Shown here: piece after piece, positions 7,098 to 17,213 of the stretch
Position numbering within the stretch: the first letter of the stretch is position 1
Layout of the letters: each line of letters starts with the position of its first letter
From: Oceanispirochaeta sp.
Lineage (GTDB): Bacteria > Spirochaetota > Spirochaetia > DSM-2461
Assembly (NCBI GenBank): GCA_963666275.2
Contig: CAXXOA010000001.1
Span: 1,792,001 to 1,856,000 of the forward strand
Direction: 5' to 3'
Length of the DNA: 64,000 nt
Program-made: the position numbers and the translations under genes
Notes under the pieces: model-generated
Databases searched by the model: none
The model's input: only the letters and a program-made list of their open reading frames with translations
Told to the model about the DNA's origin: nothing

Positions 7098-8405
7098 TTG
7101 GAACCCATATTTGAGCGACTGGAAGAGAGGGATATTCTCTCTCTGAAATGTGAACGATCTCTACTCGTAGGTATTCAGGAAGAGAATGAAAGCCTGGAAG
7201 CCGCTGTAAGCCATCTGGAAGAACTGAAAAGTCTGGCTGATACCATGGGGATTCCCGCTGTGGAAACCATGATGGTCCGTCTGAGAAAAGCCCAGCCCCG
7301 TTACCTCGTCGGTACGGGCAAGGTGGAGGAAATAGTTCAGACCGCTCATGACTGTCAGGCAGATCTTGTCATTTTTGATTATGATCTCTCCCCCTCCCAG
7401 CAGAGAAATCTGGAACGGGAAATGAATATTACAGTGATTGACAGGGAAGAGGTGATCCTGGATATCTTTGCCGACAGAGCGTCCACAAGAGAGGCTGTTC
7501 TGCAGGTCGCTCTGGCCAGAATGCAGTACAGCCTTCCCCGGCTGACCCGGGCCTGGACCCATCTTTCCCGCCAGAGAGGAGGGGCCAAAGGAACCAGAGG
7601 GAAAGGGGAAACCCAGCTGGAAAGCGACCGCCGGATGGTTCTGAACAAGATCAACTCCCTGAAAAAGGAACTGGCCCATGTCAGGAAGAACAGGGAGATT
7701 CAGAGAAAAAAACGGCGCTCTCTCCCGGTACCGACACTCTCGATCGTGGGATACACCAATGCGGGAAAATCCTCCATTCTGAACATGATGACAGGTTCGG
7801 ATGTCCTGGCTGAAGATAAACTGTTTGCCACACTGGATCCCACGTCCCGGCGGGTCACCCTTCCGGGAGGCCGGGAAATTGTCATTACAGATACGGTCGG
7901 TTTTATCCGCAAACTGCCTCATGGACTGATAGAAGCCTTCAAGTCTACCCTGGAAGAGGCTGTTCTCTCTGATGCCATTGTCCATGTCATTGATGTGAGC
8001 AACCCCGAGTGGCCCCATCATAAACAGGTCACCGAAGAGGTTCTGTCCGAACTGGGAGCCGGTGATAAACCGGTTCTTATGGTTTACAACAAAATCGATA
8101 AACTGGAAGATCCTGAAAGCTTCCGTCTCTTCCTGGGTAATGAAAAGAACGAGGCTGTCCTTTTGTCGGCCAGAACCGGTTCTGGGAAGGAAGAACTTGA
8201 AAAAGGACTCAATACTGTGCTGGAGGCGGAACTGCCTGTCAAAACCTTGTTGATTCCTCCGGACAAGTGGGATATAGTGGCTTATATACGCAGGAACAGT
8301 GTTGTTCTGGATGAATCTTACTTGGATCAGGGTGTCAGACTTGAAGCTATCCTTTCTGCAAAAGATCAGAATCTTCTCAAAGAATACGAGTGGGAAGAGG
8401 AATAG
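7098..8405 (+). CDS. hflX: Ribosome-splitting GTPase HflX
   Basis: GYTNAGKS, LFATLDPT, DTVGFI, NKID, SA motifs; GKGETQLESDRR. Confidence 0.95.
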   Translation: MEPIFERLEERDILSLKCERSLLVGIQEENESLEAAVSHLEELKSLADTMGIPAVETMMVRLRKAQPRYLVGTGKVEEIVQTAHDCQADLVIFDYDLSPSQQRNLEREMNITVIDREEVILDIFADRASTREAVLQVALARMQYSLPRLTRAWTHLSRQRGGAKGTRGKGETQLESDRRMVLNKINSLKKELAHVRKNREIQRKKRRSLPVPTLSIVGYTNAGKSSILNMMTGSDVLAEDKLFATLDPTSRRVTLPGGREIVITDTVGFIRKLPHGLIEAFKSTLEEAVLSDAIVHVIDVSNPEWPHHKQVTEEVLSELGAGDKPVLMVYNKIDKLEDPESFRLFLGNEKNEAVLLSARTGSGKEELEKGLNTVLEAELPVKTLLIPPDKWDIVAYIRRNSVVLDESYLDQGVRLEAILSAKDQNLLKEYEWEEE

Positions 8406-8442
8406 GGTATTAAATAAGGAAAAACCAGCCGATAATAGGCTT

Positions 8443-9711
8443 ATGAAGCTTCCGAATTTTCGTTTTCTGGTTTTTCTCAAAAAGAAACGTTCTCTCCTTA
8501 TACCGCCACTGCTGCTTATACTCCTTTTATTTCAGTTCCTGACTCCCGAAAACAGCGAGCTCACTGCCGCGGGACCTGTCAAAGCTTCAGGCGCCGCGAT
8601 CTCTCAGGAGCTGGATAAGACTGATCCGGAACCGATACAGCTTGAAAAAATCCAGACCGAGCTGAAAAGCGGCAGTACCCTTCAGACCCTGCTTCTCAAT
8701 GCGGGAACCGATTACGAAGAAGCCTACAATATCATTCAGACTCTTTCCCCCCTGGTGGATCTCACCAGAATGAAAGCCGGACAGAAGGTTGAAATATACT
8801 TCAATGACAAGAGCGTCGACCGGGTGGTACTGCCTGTTTCCATAGACAAGGAAATCCGCCTTCAGAGAAAAGAGGGGGAGGATAAACTATTCACAGCCCG
8901 GTCGGTTTTAAAAGATCTGACTATCTATCCCATGAGGAAAGAGTTTGAAGTCAACTCCAGCCTCTATCAGGCGGCACTGGATGCGGGAATTCCTGACTCC
9001 ATCATTATGGATCTGATTCAGCTCTTTTCATTTGATGTGGATTTTCAGCGGGATATTCAGAAAGGGGACCATTTCACCGCAGTTTACGAACTGATCTACA
9101 ACGAAGCCGGTCAGGTTGTCGACACGGGAGAGATCCTGGAAGCCTCACTGACCAATAACGGAAAGGATTTTCAGATCTATCGTTTTACCTCCGTGGACGG
9201 CCGTTCCGACTATTTTGATGAAGACGGACACACTGTCCGGAAAACCCTTCTGAAAACCCCCATTAATGGCGCCTATATTACATCGAACTTCGGCATGCGG
9301 ACCAATCCTTTCTCGGGATACAACACCATGCATAAGGGTGTGGATTTCGGCGCTCCCAGAGGAACTGCCATCAAAGCCTCCGGTGATGGAACAATTACCT
9401 TTGCCGGGTGGAGCGATATCTACGGGAATTTTGTCATGATCCGCCATGTTAACCACTACGAAACAGTCTACGCCCATATGACGGCGTTTGCCCGGGGCAT
9501 ACGGAAAGGCGTCAGAGTGGATCAGGGACAGGTTATCGGTTACGTAGGGTCAACAGGGATGTCCACAGGGCCCCATCTTCACTATGAAGTGCGCTATTAC
9601 GGCAAACAGGTCAATCCGTCTACCATGAAATTCCCTCCCGGAAGAGTCCTGGAAGGAGAAGAACTCCGTCTGTATACAAATCTTCTTCACAGCAGGTTTG
9701 CGGCTTTTTAA
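8443..9711 (+). CDS. M23 family peptidoglycan DD-endopeptidase (MepM-like)
   Basis: N-terminal TM; HKGVDFGAP, YAHM, STGPHLHYE. Start placed at ATG 8443 because the ORF-track start overlaps hflX. Confidence 0.9.
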   Translation: MKLPNFRFLVFLKKKRSLLIPPLLLILLLFQFLTPENSELTAAGPVKASGAAISQELDKTDPEPIQLEKIQTELKSGSTLQTLLLNAGTDYEEAYNIIQTLSPLVDLTRMKAGQKVEIYFNDKSVDRVVLPVSIDKEIRLQRKEGEDKLFTARSVLKDLTIYPMRKEFEVNSSLYQAALDAGIPDSIIMDLIQLFSFDVDFQRDIQKGDHFTAVYELIYNEAGQVVDTGEILEASLTNNGKDFQIYRFTSVDGRSDYFDEDGHTVRKTLLKTPINGAYITSNFGMRTNPFSGYNTMHKGVDFGAPRGTAIKASGDGTITFAGWSDIYGNFVMIRHVNHYETVYAHMTAFARGIRKGVRVDQGQVIGYVGSTGMSTGPHLHYEVRYYGKQVNPSTMKFPPGRVLEGEELRLYTNLLHSRFAAF

Positions 9712-9757
9712 ATTAACTTTAATTGTAAATCATCATTCTCAGGGATATAATAAAAGC

Positions 9758-10216
9758 ATGAAAACACTTTTGAAATATCTGTTTTTTTTCACAATCACTT
9801 TTGTCTTCTTTTCCTGTTCCTCCATGGACGGATCGTTTTTTGAAGAATCGGGAACAGCCCTTGCGGATCAGATCAATGAGGGTATGAAAGAAACTCTGGT
9901 AGAGGAGTCTCTCTATCCTTTTGCTTTTGAATCAGAAATCCTTGTTTCTGAGAATCAGGTACAGCTCCTGTGGTCGGGTTTGATTGACAGTGGATACAGG
10001 ATCCCTTCTCCCCGTACAGTCACGAACAGACCGGCTGTGCTGGAGGACTATCTCCTATTCAGCGAATCCTGGGAGATGCGGACTTTCTTTGAAAAGTATC
10101 TGAAAGAGGACGACAGGCTTGTGGAAGTGGAAGGAACAGGCAGTTCTCTCTATTTTCTCATCCGCAGAGATGAAAAAGAGTTCTCACTCCTCGGAATGAA
10201 GGAGGAGGCCAAATGA
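9758..10216 (+). CDS. Hypothetical lipoprotein
   Basis: MKTLLKYLFFFTITFVFFS-C lipobox; TTGTAA-17-TATAAT promoter directly upstream. Confidence 0.7.
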   Translation: MKTLLKYLFFFTITFVFFSCSSMDGSFFEESGTALADQINEGMKETLVEESLYPFAFESEILVSENQVQLLWSGLIDSGYRIPSPRTVTNRPAVLEDYLLFSESWEMRTFFEKYLKEDDRLVEVEGTGSSLYFLIRRDEKEFSLLGMKEEAK

Positions 10217-11220
10217 AGAAAATCCTTTTAATTACCTTCCTTGCTGGACTGAGTTTTGCTCTGAATGCCCTGGAAGGGGAGATTGTATACGTGGAAGGAT
10301 CGGTAGATATCAAGTACGCCACAGGCGATCTTGACTGGGCCGATATCGGTATGTACATAGAAACAGGTGACAGCATTGTCACAGGTGCTGACGGTTATGC
10401 CGAGCTGGAAATGGAAGACGGTTCTACAGTCAAAGTGAGCGAAGATTCCATCTTTGCCCTTTCCTCCTATGAATCCCGGGGAAATCAGAGAAACTCCTTT
10501 AACTGTGTCCTTGGATCTGTTCAGTATAAGTTCACCCAGGCTGTGAAGGCCAATGAACCGAGGATCACTACGCCCACAACAGTCTGCGGAATCCGGGGAA
10601 CTGAATTTACTGTGGTTTCAGGTCTGGACGGGTCGGCTCTCTATGTTGTGGATGACGGCAGTGTGGCTGTCTCCGCCCAGGGGGAAGAAGTTGTACTGGG
10701 AGCATTGGAAGGTGTGGAAGTTGCTCCGGGATCTACACCGGGTGAACCATTTCCCGTTCTCAGAGGGCAGATCGATTACAGTCAGGTCCGTTCCGATGCG
10801 GAACAGAGATTCCTTGAAAATCCCGCAGCCAGTATGAGAATCATGATCGGTCAGCTGGAAAACAATATAAAAGAACTTCAATTTTATGAAGAAGAATATA
10901 AGAAGAGCTTATTGAAGCAGACTGAGTTACGCGAGAAGCTTACATCAATGGAAGATGAAGCTAAAAAGACATTTTATGAAGAAATTATATTCCCAGAAGA
11001 AATTAAGACATCTAATATGAAATTAAATGTTCGATATTACGCATTATCTTCACTATCACTAAGAAGGTTTCTCGTAGGGAATATGTATATAAGTATTCGT
11101 ACTCAATATATTTCAAATGAAGAAAATAAAGTTTATCAGGATTTTCTAAAAGAATATCAGAAATTCCTAACCATGTATGAAAAAGGGATTATAGAATTCC
11201 TTGTGAAAGCTGATATATAA
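10213..11220 (+). CDS. Secreted FecR-domain protein with helical C-terminus
   Basis: Signal peptide; GDSIVTGADGYAELEMEDGSTVKV and TPTTVCGIRGTEF FecR motifs. Confidence 0.85.
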   Translation: MKKILLITFLAGLSFALNALEGEIVYVEGSVDIKYATGDLDWADIGMYIETGDSIVTGADGYAELEMEDGSTVKVSEDSIFALSSYESRGNQRNSFNCVLGSVQYKFTQAVKANEPRITTPTTVCGIRGTEFTVVSGLDGSALYVVDDGSVAVSAQGEEVVLGALEGVEVAPGSTPGEPFPVLRGQIDYSQVRSDAEQRFLENPAASMRIMIGQLENNIKELQFYEEEYKKSLLKQTELREKLTSMEDEAKKTFYEEIIFPEEIKTSNMKLNVRYYALSSLSLRRFLVGNMYISIRTQYISNEENKVYQDFLKEYQKFLTMYEKGIIEFLVKADI

Positions 11221-11231
11221 GGAGTTTAAAT

Positions 11232-11684
11232 ATGATAAATAAAAAAATTGTTTTCCTAATTGTTACTGTTTTCTTTGTAATTATTCTCAGTGGATGTGAT
11301 TTTTTACAGGAAGAAGATGAAACAGTAAGTATTTCAAAACGTATAGAACTATTTCAATCGGATCTGAATAATAGTAATTACAGTGGTCTAGATGATAATT
11401 TTCATCCAGATATGATTAGTTTTGATAATTACCAGGATTCTACTGTTATATCTTCGGGGCCCTTACAGATTTCCAATGCTCCTTTTACTTTTGGTTCTCC
11501 ATCGGTTTCTGATACAAACACCAGTGGAGAAAAAAGGGCTGAAGGTTCATTCGAGAACGATCTTGGTGCAACTGGAACCTATGATGCCATCATGAAAGAA
11601 GATGGTGATGAAAACTGGAAAATATTGGAGATTACAATAACGATAGGTTCCAGTGATTATACTCTTAGAACTATTGCTAATTAG
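11232..11684 (+). CDS. Hypothetical lipoprotein (AT-rich)
   Basis: AAGGAG SD; lipobox ILSG-C; 150 aa. Confidence 0.75.
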   Translation: MINKKIVFLIVTVFFVIILSGCDFLQEEDETVSISKRIELFQSDLNNSNYSGLDDNFHPDMISFDNYQDSTVISSGPLQISNAPFTFGSPSVSDTNTSGEKRAEGSFENDLGATGTYDAIMKEDGDENWKILEITITIGSSDYTLRTIAN

Positions 11685-11779
11685 CTAGGAATTTTTTTGA
11701 AGTAAAATCGATGAAATGAAGGGAATGTGAATTATATAAATAATCATTCCTTTACCAAGAGTAATTGATTGCTAATGAG

Positions 11780-11815
11780 GAGAGGTATTCAAATTTGGAA
11801 TGCCTCTCTTTTTTT
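11780..11815 (+). terminator. Rho-independent terminator
   Basis: GAGAGGTATTC/GAATGCCTCTC stem followed by T7. Confidence 0.75.
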
Positions 11816-11936
11816 GCATTTTCCGCTATCCATTCCACACAATCCCCATAAATCCTGACAGGGATTCTCTTATATATACTGGAATTTTCCCCCTATACAT
11901 GATAATCTTTCCTGACTGAAATGTAAGGAATACAAT

Positions 11937-12569
11937 GTGGATATAGAAATTTTACCAGCTGGACCGATACAGACTAACTCATATCTGATTATAAATAAAA
12001 ATGAAAAAAAGGCCTTTGCCATAGATGCAGGCCCTGATTCCTATGACCTGATCCTGGGGGAAGCGGATAAAAACAATGTGTCTCTGGAAGGGGTTCTCAT
12101 AACCCATCCTCACTGGGATCATATTCTGGATCTTTATAAGTTCAATGAGAAAGGGATCCCTGTCTATGCAGGGGAAGATGCTGTTGAAATGATCGAAAAT
12201 GTAGCATTGCAGGAATCCATGTCCTTTCCCGGAATGGAGTTCCATGCGGCAAAGGTCGATACGATTCTGAAACACGGGGATACTCTCTCTCTGGCGGGAT
12301 ATGAGCTTGAAATCAGAAATGCCCCGGGCCATTGTCCCGGCAGTATTCTTGTCTTCTCCTCCAGCGCCGGATGCTGTTTTACAGGAGATGTTATTTTTGA
12401 CGGTTCTGTAGGGCGGACAGACTTTGCCGGAGGGGATATGTCCACGCTTATGACAAGTATACGCGAGCAGGTTTACACACTTCCTGATGAAACCATCCTC
12501 TATCCCGGGCATGGTTCGTCTACCCTGGTAGGGAAGGAAAAAATAAGTAATCCTTTTATAACAGCGTAA
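11937..12569 (+). CDS. MBL-fold metallo-hydrolase (glyoxalase II-like)
   Basis: THPHWDH, PGHCPG, FTGDVIF, GRTD, YPGHG. Confidence 0.9.
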   Translation: MDIEILPAGPIQTNSYLIINKNEKKAFAIDAGPDSYDLILGEADKNNVSLEGVLITHPHWDHILDLYKFNEKGIPVYAGEDAVEMIENVALQESMSFPGMEFHAAKVDTILKHGDTLSLAGYELEIRNAPGHCPGSILVFSSSAGCCFTGDVIFDGSVGRTDFAGGDMSTLMTSIREQVYTLPDETILYPGHGSSTLVGKEKISNPFITA

Positions 12570-12696
12570 ATTGCGGGCTATAGAGGGATTTATAATCTTA
12601 TTTTCTCTCTATAGATAAAAAATGCTCTGCAAAATACAGATTTAATACACCATTTTCTGTTTCTACATAGGGAAAATGGGACTTTAGGAGGGGTGC

Positions 12697-13614
12697 ATGC
12701 CTGTAAAGATACCAGATGCCCTGCCGGCAAATGAGATACTGACCAACGAAAACATATTTATAATGACAGAAACCAGAGCGGCCCATCAGGATATCCGTCC
12801 TCTGAAAATTCTGATACTGAATCTTATGCCTCTGAAGATCAACACTGAGGTTCATCTTTTGAGGCTCCTGGCCAACAGTCCGCTTCAGGTGGAGGTAGAC
12901 CTGATCCATCCTTCCACCCATACATCAAAAAACACTCCCCAGGAGCACATGCAGGTTTTTTATAAAACCTTCAGTGAGGTGAGCCATAAAAAATACGACG
13001 GTATGATCATCACCGGTGCGCCTGTGGAAACCATGGAATTTGAAGAGGTTAACTACTGGGGCGAAATCAGTGAGATTCTGGAGTGGTCCAAGTGCAATGT
13101 CACCTCTACTCTGCATATCTGCTGGGCTGCCCAGGCGGGGCTCTATTATCACTACGGTGTAAAAAAACATCCCATTGATGAAAAGATGTCCGGCGTTTTC
13201 TCCCACAAAGTCAATAATAGCAAAGTAGCTCTTGTTAGGGGATTTGATGATAACTTTCTGGCTCCCCATTCCAGGCATACCGAAGTCAGAAGGGAAGAGA
13301 TCGAACATATCAGGGATCTTGAAATTATTTCCGAATCGGAAGAAGCGGGAATCTATATTGTTATGGATAAGACAGGGAAACAGATTTTTGTGACCGGACA
13401 TTCCGAGTACGATCCGCTGACCCTGAAAGAGGAATATGAAAGGGATCTTGCCAAAGGGATGGATCCGGTGGTACCCAAAAACTACTTTCCCCATGATGAT
13501 CCCTCAAGAGAACCCAATGTCAGCTGGAGGAGCCATGCAAACCTCCTCTTTTCCAACTGGCTGAACTACTATGTCTATCAGGTGACACCCTACGATATCG
13601 ACTCAATTCAGTAG
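12697..13614 (+). CDS. metA: Homoserine O-acyltransferase, MetA family
   Basis: [54 protein letters not shown]. Confidence 0.95.
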   Translation: MPVKIPDALPANEILTNENIFIMTETRAAHQDIRPLKILILNLMPLKINTEVHLLRLLANSPLQVEVDLIHPSTHTSKNTPQEHMQVFYKTFSEVSHKKYDGMIITGAPVETMEFEEVNYWGEISEILEWSKCNVTSTLHICWAAQAGLYYHYGVKKHPIDEKMSGVFSHKVNNSKVALVRGFDDNFLAPHSRHTEVRREEIEHIRDLEIISESEEAGIYIVMDKTGKQIFVTGHSEYDPLTLKEEYERDLAKGMDPVVPKNYFPHDDPSREPNVSWRSHANLLFSNWLNYYVYQVTPYDIDSIQ

Positions 13615-13640
13615 AATCCGTTTTTTGAATATTGTTAATG

Positions 13641-13691
13641 AAAAGGCCCTTTGTTTTATCGGATAATTTAGATGAAACAAAGGGCCTTTTT
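13641..13691. terminator. Bidirectional terminator between metA and the helicase gene
   Basis: AAAAGGCCCTTTGTTT...AAACAAAGGGCCTTTT long stem between convergent genes. Confidence 0.85.
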
Positions 13692-13719
13692 GTCTGGTAT
13701 TGATAAAGGAAAGAAAAAT

Positions 13720-15714
13720 CTATTTCCAGGGGAGACGGGCAAAATACTGCTGTGCTTCGTTTTCGTCTTCCACCTCTTTTTCCGCTTCCATGGCTTCCAG
13801 AAGTTCTGAAGGGATTTCATCCAGAAAGGGGGAAGGGGAGGAGTCTATCATCTCCCGCATCTGCCGTCTTTTCATGCATGACGTGATATAGAGCTTTTTC
13901 CTGGCCCTTGTGATGGCCACATAAAAGAGGCGTCTCTCTTCTTCCAGGTTAGCCGGGTCTTCACTGATGGAGCGTTCGTGGGGGATGATGTCCTTTTCCA
14001 CTCCCGCCAGAAACACCACGTCAAACTCAAGCCCCTTGGAGGCATGGATTGTCATGAGGTTGACCTTTCCGGCATCATTCTCTTCCGTATCGTCCCGGGT
14101 GATCAGGGTGATCCTGTTGAGCCATTTCTGCAGGGTCGGCTCCAGGTTGTCGGGGTTTTTCTCCCACCGGGCCATAAAATCCAGAAACATGGTGATATTG
14201 TCATTTTTCCACTTGGCCACTTTATCATTATTGGAGTGTTCCTGAAGGAGATACTCCCAGTAGTTGATCTCCTCTACCAGTTCAATGGCTGTGGCTGCCA
14301 GGGCACTGGATTCGGCAAAGCGGTCCCTGAAGTCTTCGATAAGGTCTACAAACTCGGCAATGCCGTTACGGAGTTTGGAGGTCAGCCTTTCATCCCCGGA
14401 AAAAAGCAGTCCCGTCATGGCGGAATAGAGGGATTCCCCCCGTTTCTGGGATATCTCTATCAGCGTTTCCAGAGCTTTTTTCCCGATACCCCGTCTGGGT
14501 GTGTTGATAATCCTCAAAAGATTCACATCGTCGTCAGGGTTATTGATTACCCTGAAGTAGCCGATGATATCACGGATTTCAGCACGCTGGAAAAAGCTGG
14601 TTCCTCCCGACATGGTGTAGGGGATATTGTTGCTCAAAAGAGCATCTTCAATAGCCTTGGAGAGGCTGTTGGTCCGGATAAGTATACCGAACTGATCGTA
14701 CTTCATATGTTCTGTCATCCGAAGGGACGCAATGGTGGAGGCTATGAAATCCCCTTCATCCCTGTCGTCTTCGGGAAGACAGTGTTTGATCGTCATTTCA
14801 TGGTGGGACATTTCGGTCCACAGCTCTTTCAGTTTTCTGTTGGTGTTGTTGGCAATAACCGCATTGGCCGCCTTCAGTATTGTTCCGGTAGACCGGTAGT
14901 TCCGTTCCAGTTTTATCTCTTTCAGTTCGGGATAGTCCTTTTCAAACTGGAGAATATTTCCGTAGTTGGCTCCCCGCCAGGAGTAGATCGACTGATCGTC
15001 GTCTCCCACGCAGCAGAGATTTCTGTTGGTCTGGGCCAGCAGATGGAGCATTTTGTACTGTATACTGGATGTATCCTGAAACTCGTCCACCATGATGTAC
15101 TGATAGCGGTTCTGATACTGTTCCCGGATCTCCAGATTTTCTTCCAGCAGCCGGATGGGCAGAACGATAAGATCGTCAAAATCCACGGCATTGTAGATTT
15201 TCATATGCTCTTCGTACTCTCTGTAGAGCGGGATATGCTGGTCGATTGTATTGTCCCACTGCTGCCTTTCGGTTTTGAGCGCCCCGAACAGGTTGGCAAG
15301 CTCCATCAGCTCAGGGTTTTCATATTTGAGTTTCAGCTCCCTGGCCGCTTCTTTCAGACAGGAAATTTTATCGCCCGTATCGTAAATGGAGAAATTCGGC
15401 CTGTATCCCATTTCCGCGTAGTGTTCCCTGAGGACTTTGACTCCGAAAGCGTGAAAGGTGGAGACAGTCAGATTGGTGAGTTTCTTTCCCGTCAGGGATT
15501 TTACCCTTTCTTCCATCTCCCTGGCCGCCTTATTGGTAAAAGTCATGGCCAGAATATGGGACTGGGGAATCCCGTGGTTCAGCATATTGGCTATACGGCT
15601 TGTAATTACACCGGTTTTACCGCTTCCCGCTCCTGCGATAATCAAAAGAGGTCCGTTAATGGTATCGACTGCGAGTTTCTGTTCCGGATTCAGTCGGAGT
15701 TTACTTAAATCCAC
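13720..15714 (-). CDS. UvrD/Rep/PcrA family ATP-dependent DNA helicase
   Basis: AGAGSGKT, VDEFQDT, VGDDDQSIYSWRGA, NYRS, TIHASKGLEF, EERRLFYVAITRA. Confidence 0.95.
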   Translation of the reverse strand: MDLSKLRLNPEQKLAVDTINGPLLIIAGAGSGKTGVITSRIANMLNHGIPQSHILAMTFTNKAAREMEERVKSLTGKKLTNLTVSTFHAFGVKVLREHYAEMGYRPNFSIYDTGDKISCLKEAARELKLKYENPELMELANLFGALKTERQQWDNTIDQHIPLYREYEEHMKIYNAVDFDDLIVLPIRLLEENLEIREQYQNRYQYIMVDEFQDTSSIQYKMLHLLAQTNRNLCCVGDDDQSIYSWRGANYGNILQFEKDYPELKEIKLERNYRSTGTILKAANAVIANNTNRKLKELWTEMSHHEMTIKHCLPEDDRDEGDFIASTIASLRMTEHMKYDQFGILIRTNSLSKAIEDALLSNNIPYTMSGGTSFFQRAEIRDIIGYFRVINNPDDDVNLLRIINTPRRGIGKKALETLIEISQKRGESLYSAMTGLLFSGDERLTSKLRNGIAEFVDLIEDFRDRFAESSALAATAIELVEEINYWEYLLQEHSNNDKVAKWKNDNITMFLDFMARWEKNPDNLEPTLQKWLNRITLITRDDTEENDAGKVNLMTIHASKGLEFDVVFLAGVEKDIIPHERSISEDPANLEEERRLFYVAITRARKKLYITSCMKRRQMREMIDSSPSPFLDEIPSELLEAMEAEKEVEDENEAQQYFARLPWK

Positions 15715-15732
15715 AATTCCTGCCTTTCCTGT

Positions 15733-16215
15733 TTAGTGTATTTCCTTAATGAAGAGAGACGAGGCTCCCTGGCCGAATAAAACAATAAGGGTCACTATCG
15801 TACCTGAAATCATCACGCCCGTCAAAACACTGAGGAGAGTTTTTTTTCTGTCCAGTCCGAGAACCCAGGCACCCAGTGTTCCCGTATAGGCTCCTGTGAC
15901 AGGAAGGGGAATGGCAACGAAAAGAGTCACACCCCAGTATCCGTAACGTTCGACTTTTTCATGAAGTTTGTGCCTGGCCTTTTCGATGAATCTGTCGAAA
16001 ATCCGGCGGTACCAGGCCCATTTATGGAATAGTTTATGAAAGGTTCCCAGAAACATATAGACGATCGGACCAACCAGGGCGTTCAGGAAAACGCATAGAG
16101 GCCAGGCGATATAAACGGGAATATCGTTTGTGAGGGCAAAAGGGATTGCCCCTCTCAATTCTGAAATGGGAAGAAGTGATAGAAAAACTGTCCAGAACCA
16201 TATATGATTGATCAT
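15733..16215 (-). CDS. Small multi-drug export family membrane protein (COG2426-like)
   Basis: LPISELRGAIP and FVAIPLPVTGAYTG motifs. Confidence 0.85.
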   Translation of the reverse strand: MINHIWFWTVFLSLLPISELRGAIPFALTNDIPVYIAWPLCVFLNALVGPIVYMFLGTFHKLFHKWAWYRRIFDRFIEKARHKLHEKVERYGYWGVTLFVAIPLPVTGAYTGTLGAWVLGLDRKKTLLSVLTGVMISGTIVTLIVLFGQGASSLFIKEIH

Positions 16216-16316
16216 TCAAACTCCTTTGACTTAAGATGAACTTTTAACAAAAACAGAGAGTCTACTCAAGAGTCCATAATAGGGTATATTACATTTCGTA
16301 TAAAGGGAGAGTCTAT

Positions 16317-17213
16317 ATGAAACTGGATCTGATGTCCTGGAAAACTAATCCTCAGCCCGCCGACGGTGCCTGGGGAACCATGCTGCTGGCAGAGGGGCTG
16401 CCTCAGGGAGAAGCACCGGAAAACTGGGTTTTCTCCCATTCCGAAAAAGTCGCGGGCATAGCCCGTGCCTACGCCGAAGCGGGAAGCCGTATCATCCTGA
16501 CCAATACCTTCGGCGGGAACTCCATCAAACTGCAGCACAGCGGAAATGAAGATAAAATGGCAGAGATTAACAGGGAAGCCGCCAGACTGACCAGTCAGGC
16601 CGGGGGAGGAGACTATTTCACAGCCGGTGATATCGGTCCTACAGGAAAAATGGTCTTTATGGGGGAAGTGTCTCCCGAAGATGTGGAAGACTCCTATGCC
16701 CGTCAGGCCGAAGCCCTCAGAGAGGGGGGGGCGGATCTGTTTGTTATGGAGACATTCACAGACCTGATTGAGATGGAAGCGGCTCTGAAAGGGGTTCTCA
16801 AAGGCGGAGCGGGGAGTCCTGTTATCTGCTCCATGACCTATGATCCCATGGGGGACGGAACCTACAGGACTGTTATGGGGCACTCTCCTTCGGATGCGGT
16901 GAAAGTTCTGGAGGATACGGGAGCGTCTGCTATCGGTGCCAACTGCGGCACAGGAGTGGAAGCCTATGTGGGACTGGCAAAAGAGCTTGTCGGTCTGACG
17001 GACCTTCCGGTCTGGATAAAAGCCAATGCGGGGCTGCCGGTACTGGAAGGGACAAAAGTGGTGTATCCCATGACACCCGAAGAGTATGGAAAATATGTTC
17101 CGGCTCTTCTGGAAGCCGGTGTGGCCGTTGTGGGGGGATGCTGCGGAACCACTCCTGATCATATAAAACAGATCGTAGAACAGATCCGTCTCTTTCAGGG
17201 CAGAGGGAACTGA
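16317..17213 (+). CDS. Homocysteine S-methyltransferase domain protein (stand-alone MetH N-terminal domain)
   Basis: DGAWGTML, TNTFG, GDIGPTG, GANCG, NAGLP, GGCCGTTPDHI. Confidence 0.9.
   Translation: MKLDLMSWKTNPQPADGAWGTMLLAEGLPQGEAPENWVFSHSEKVAGIARAYAEAGSRIILTNTFGGNSIKLQHSGNEDKMAEINREAARLTSQAGGGDYFTAGDIGPTGKMVFMGEVSPEDVEDSYARQAEALREGGADLFVMETFTDLIEMEAALKGVLKGGAGSPVICSMTYDPMGDGTYRTVMGHSPSDAVKVLEDTGASAIGANCGTGVEAYVGLAKELVGLTDLPVWIKANAGLPVLEGTKVVYPMTPEEYGKYVPALLEAGVAVVGGCCGTTPDHIKQIVEQIRLFQGRGN

Noticed and set aside
7161..8480. 439-aa ORF antisense to hflX
   Set aside because: Shadow ORF fully overlapping a conserved gene, with no motifs.
12570..12696. Possible SAM riboswitch or T-box upstream of metA
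   Set aside because: No S-box or T-box consensus and no leader terminator visible; the region is short and AT-rich.
13978..15708. 576-aa ORF antisense to the UvrD-family helicase
   Set aside because: In-register antisense frame kept open by codon bias; no protein-like features.
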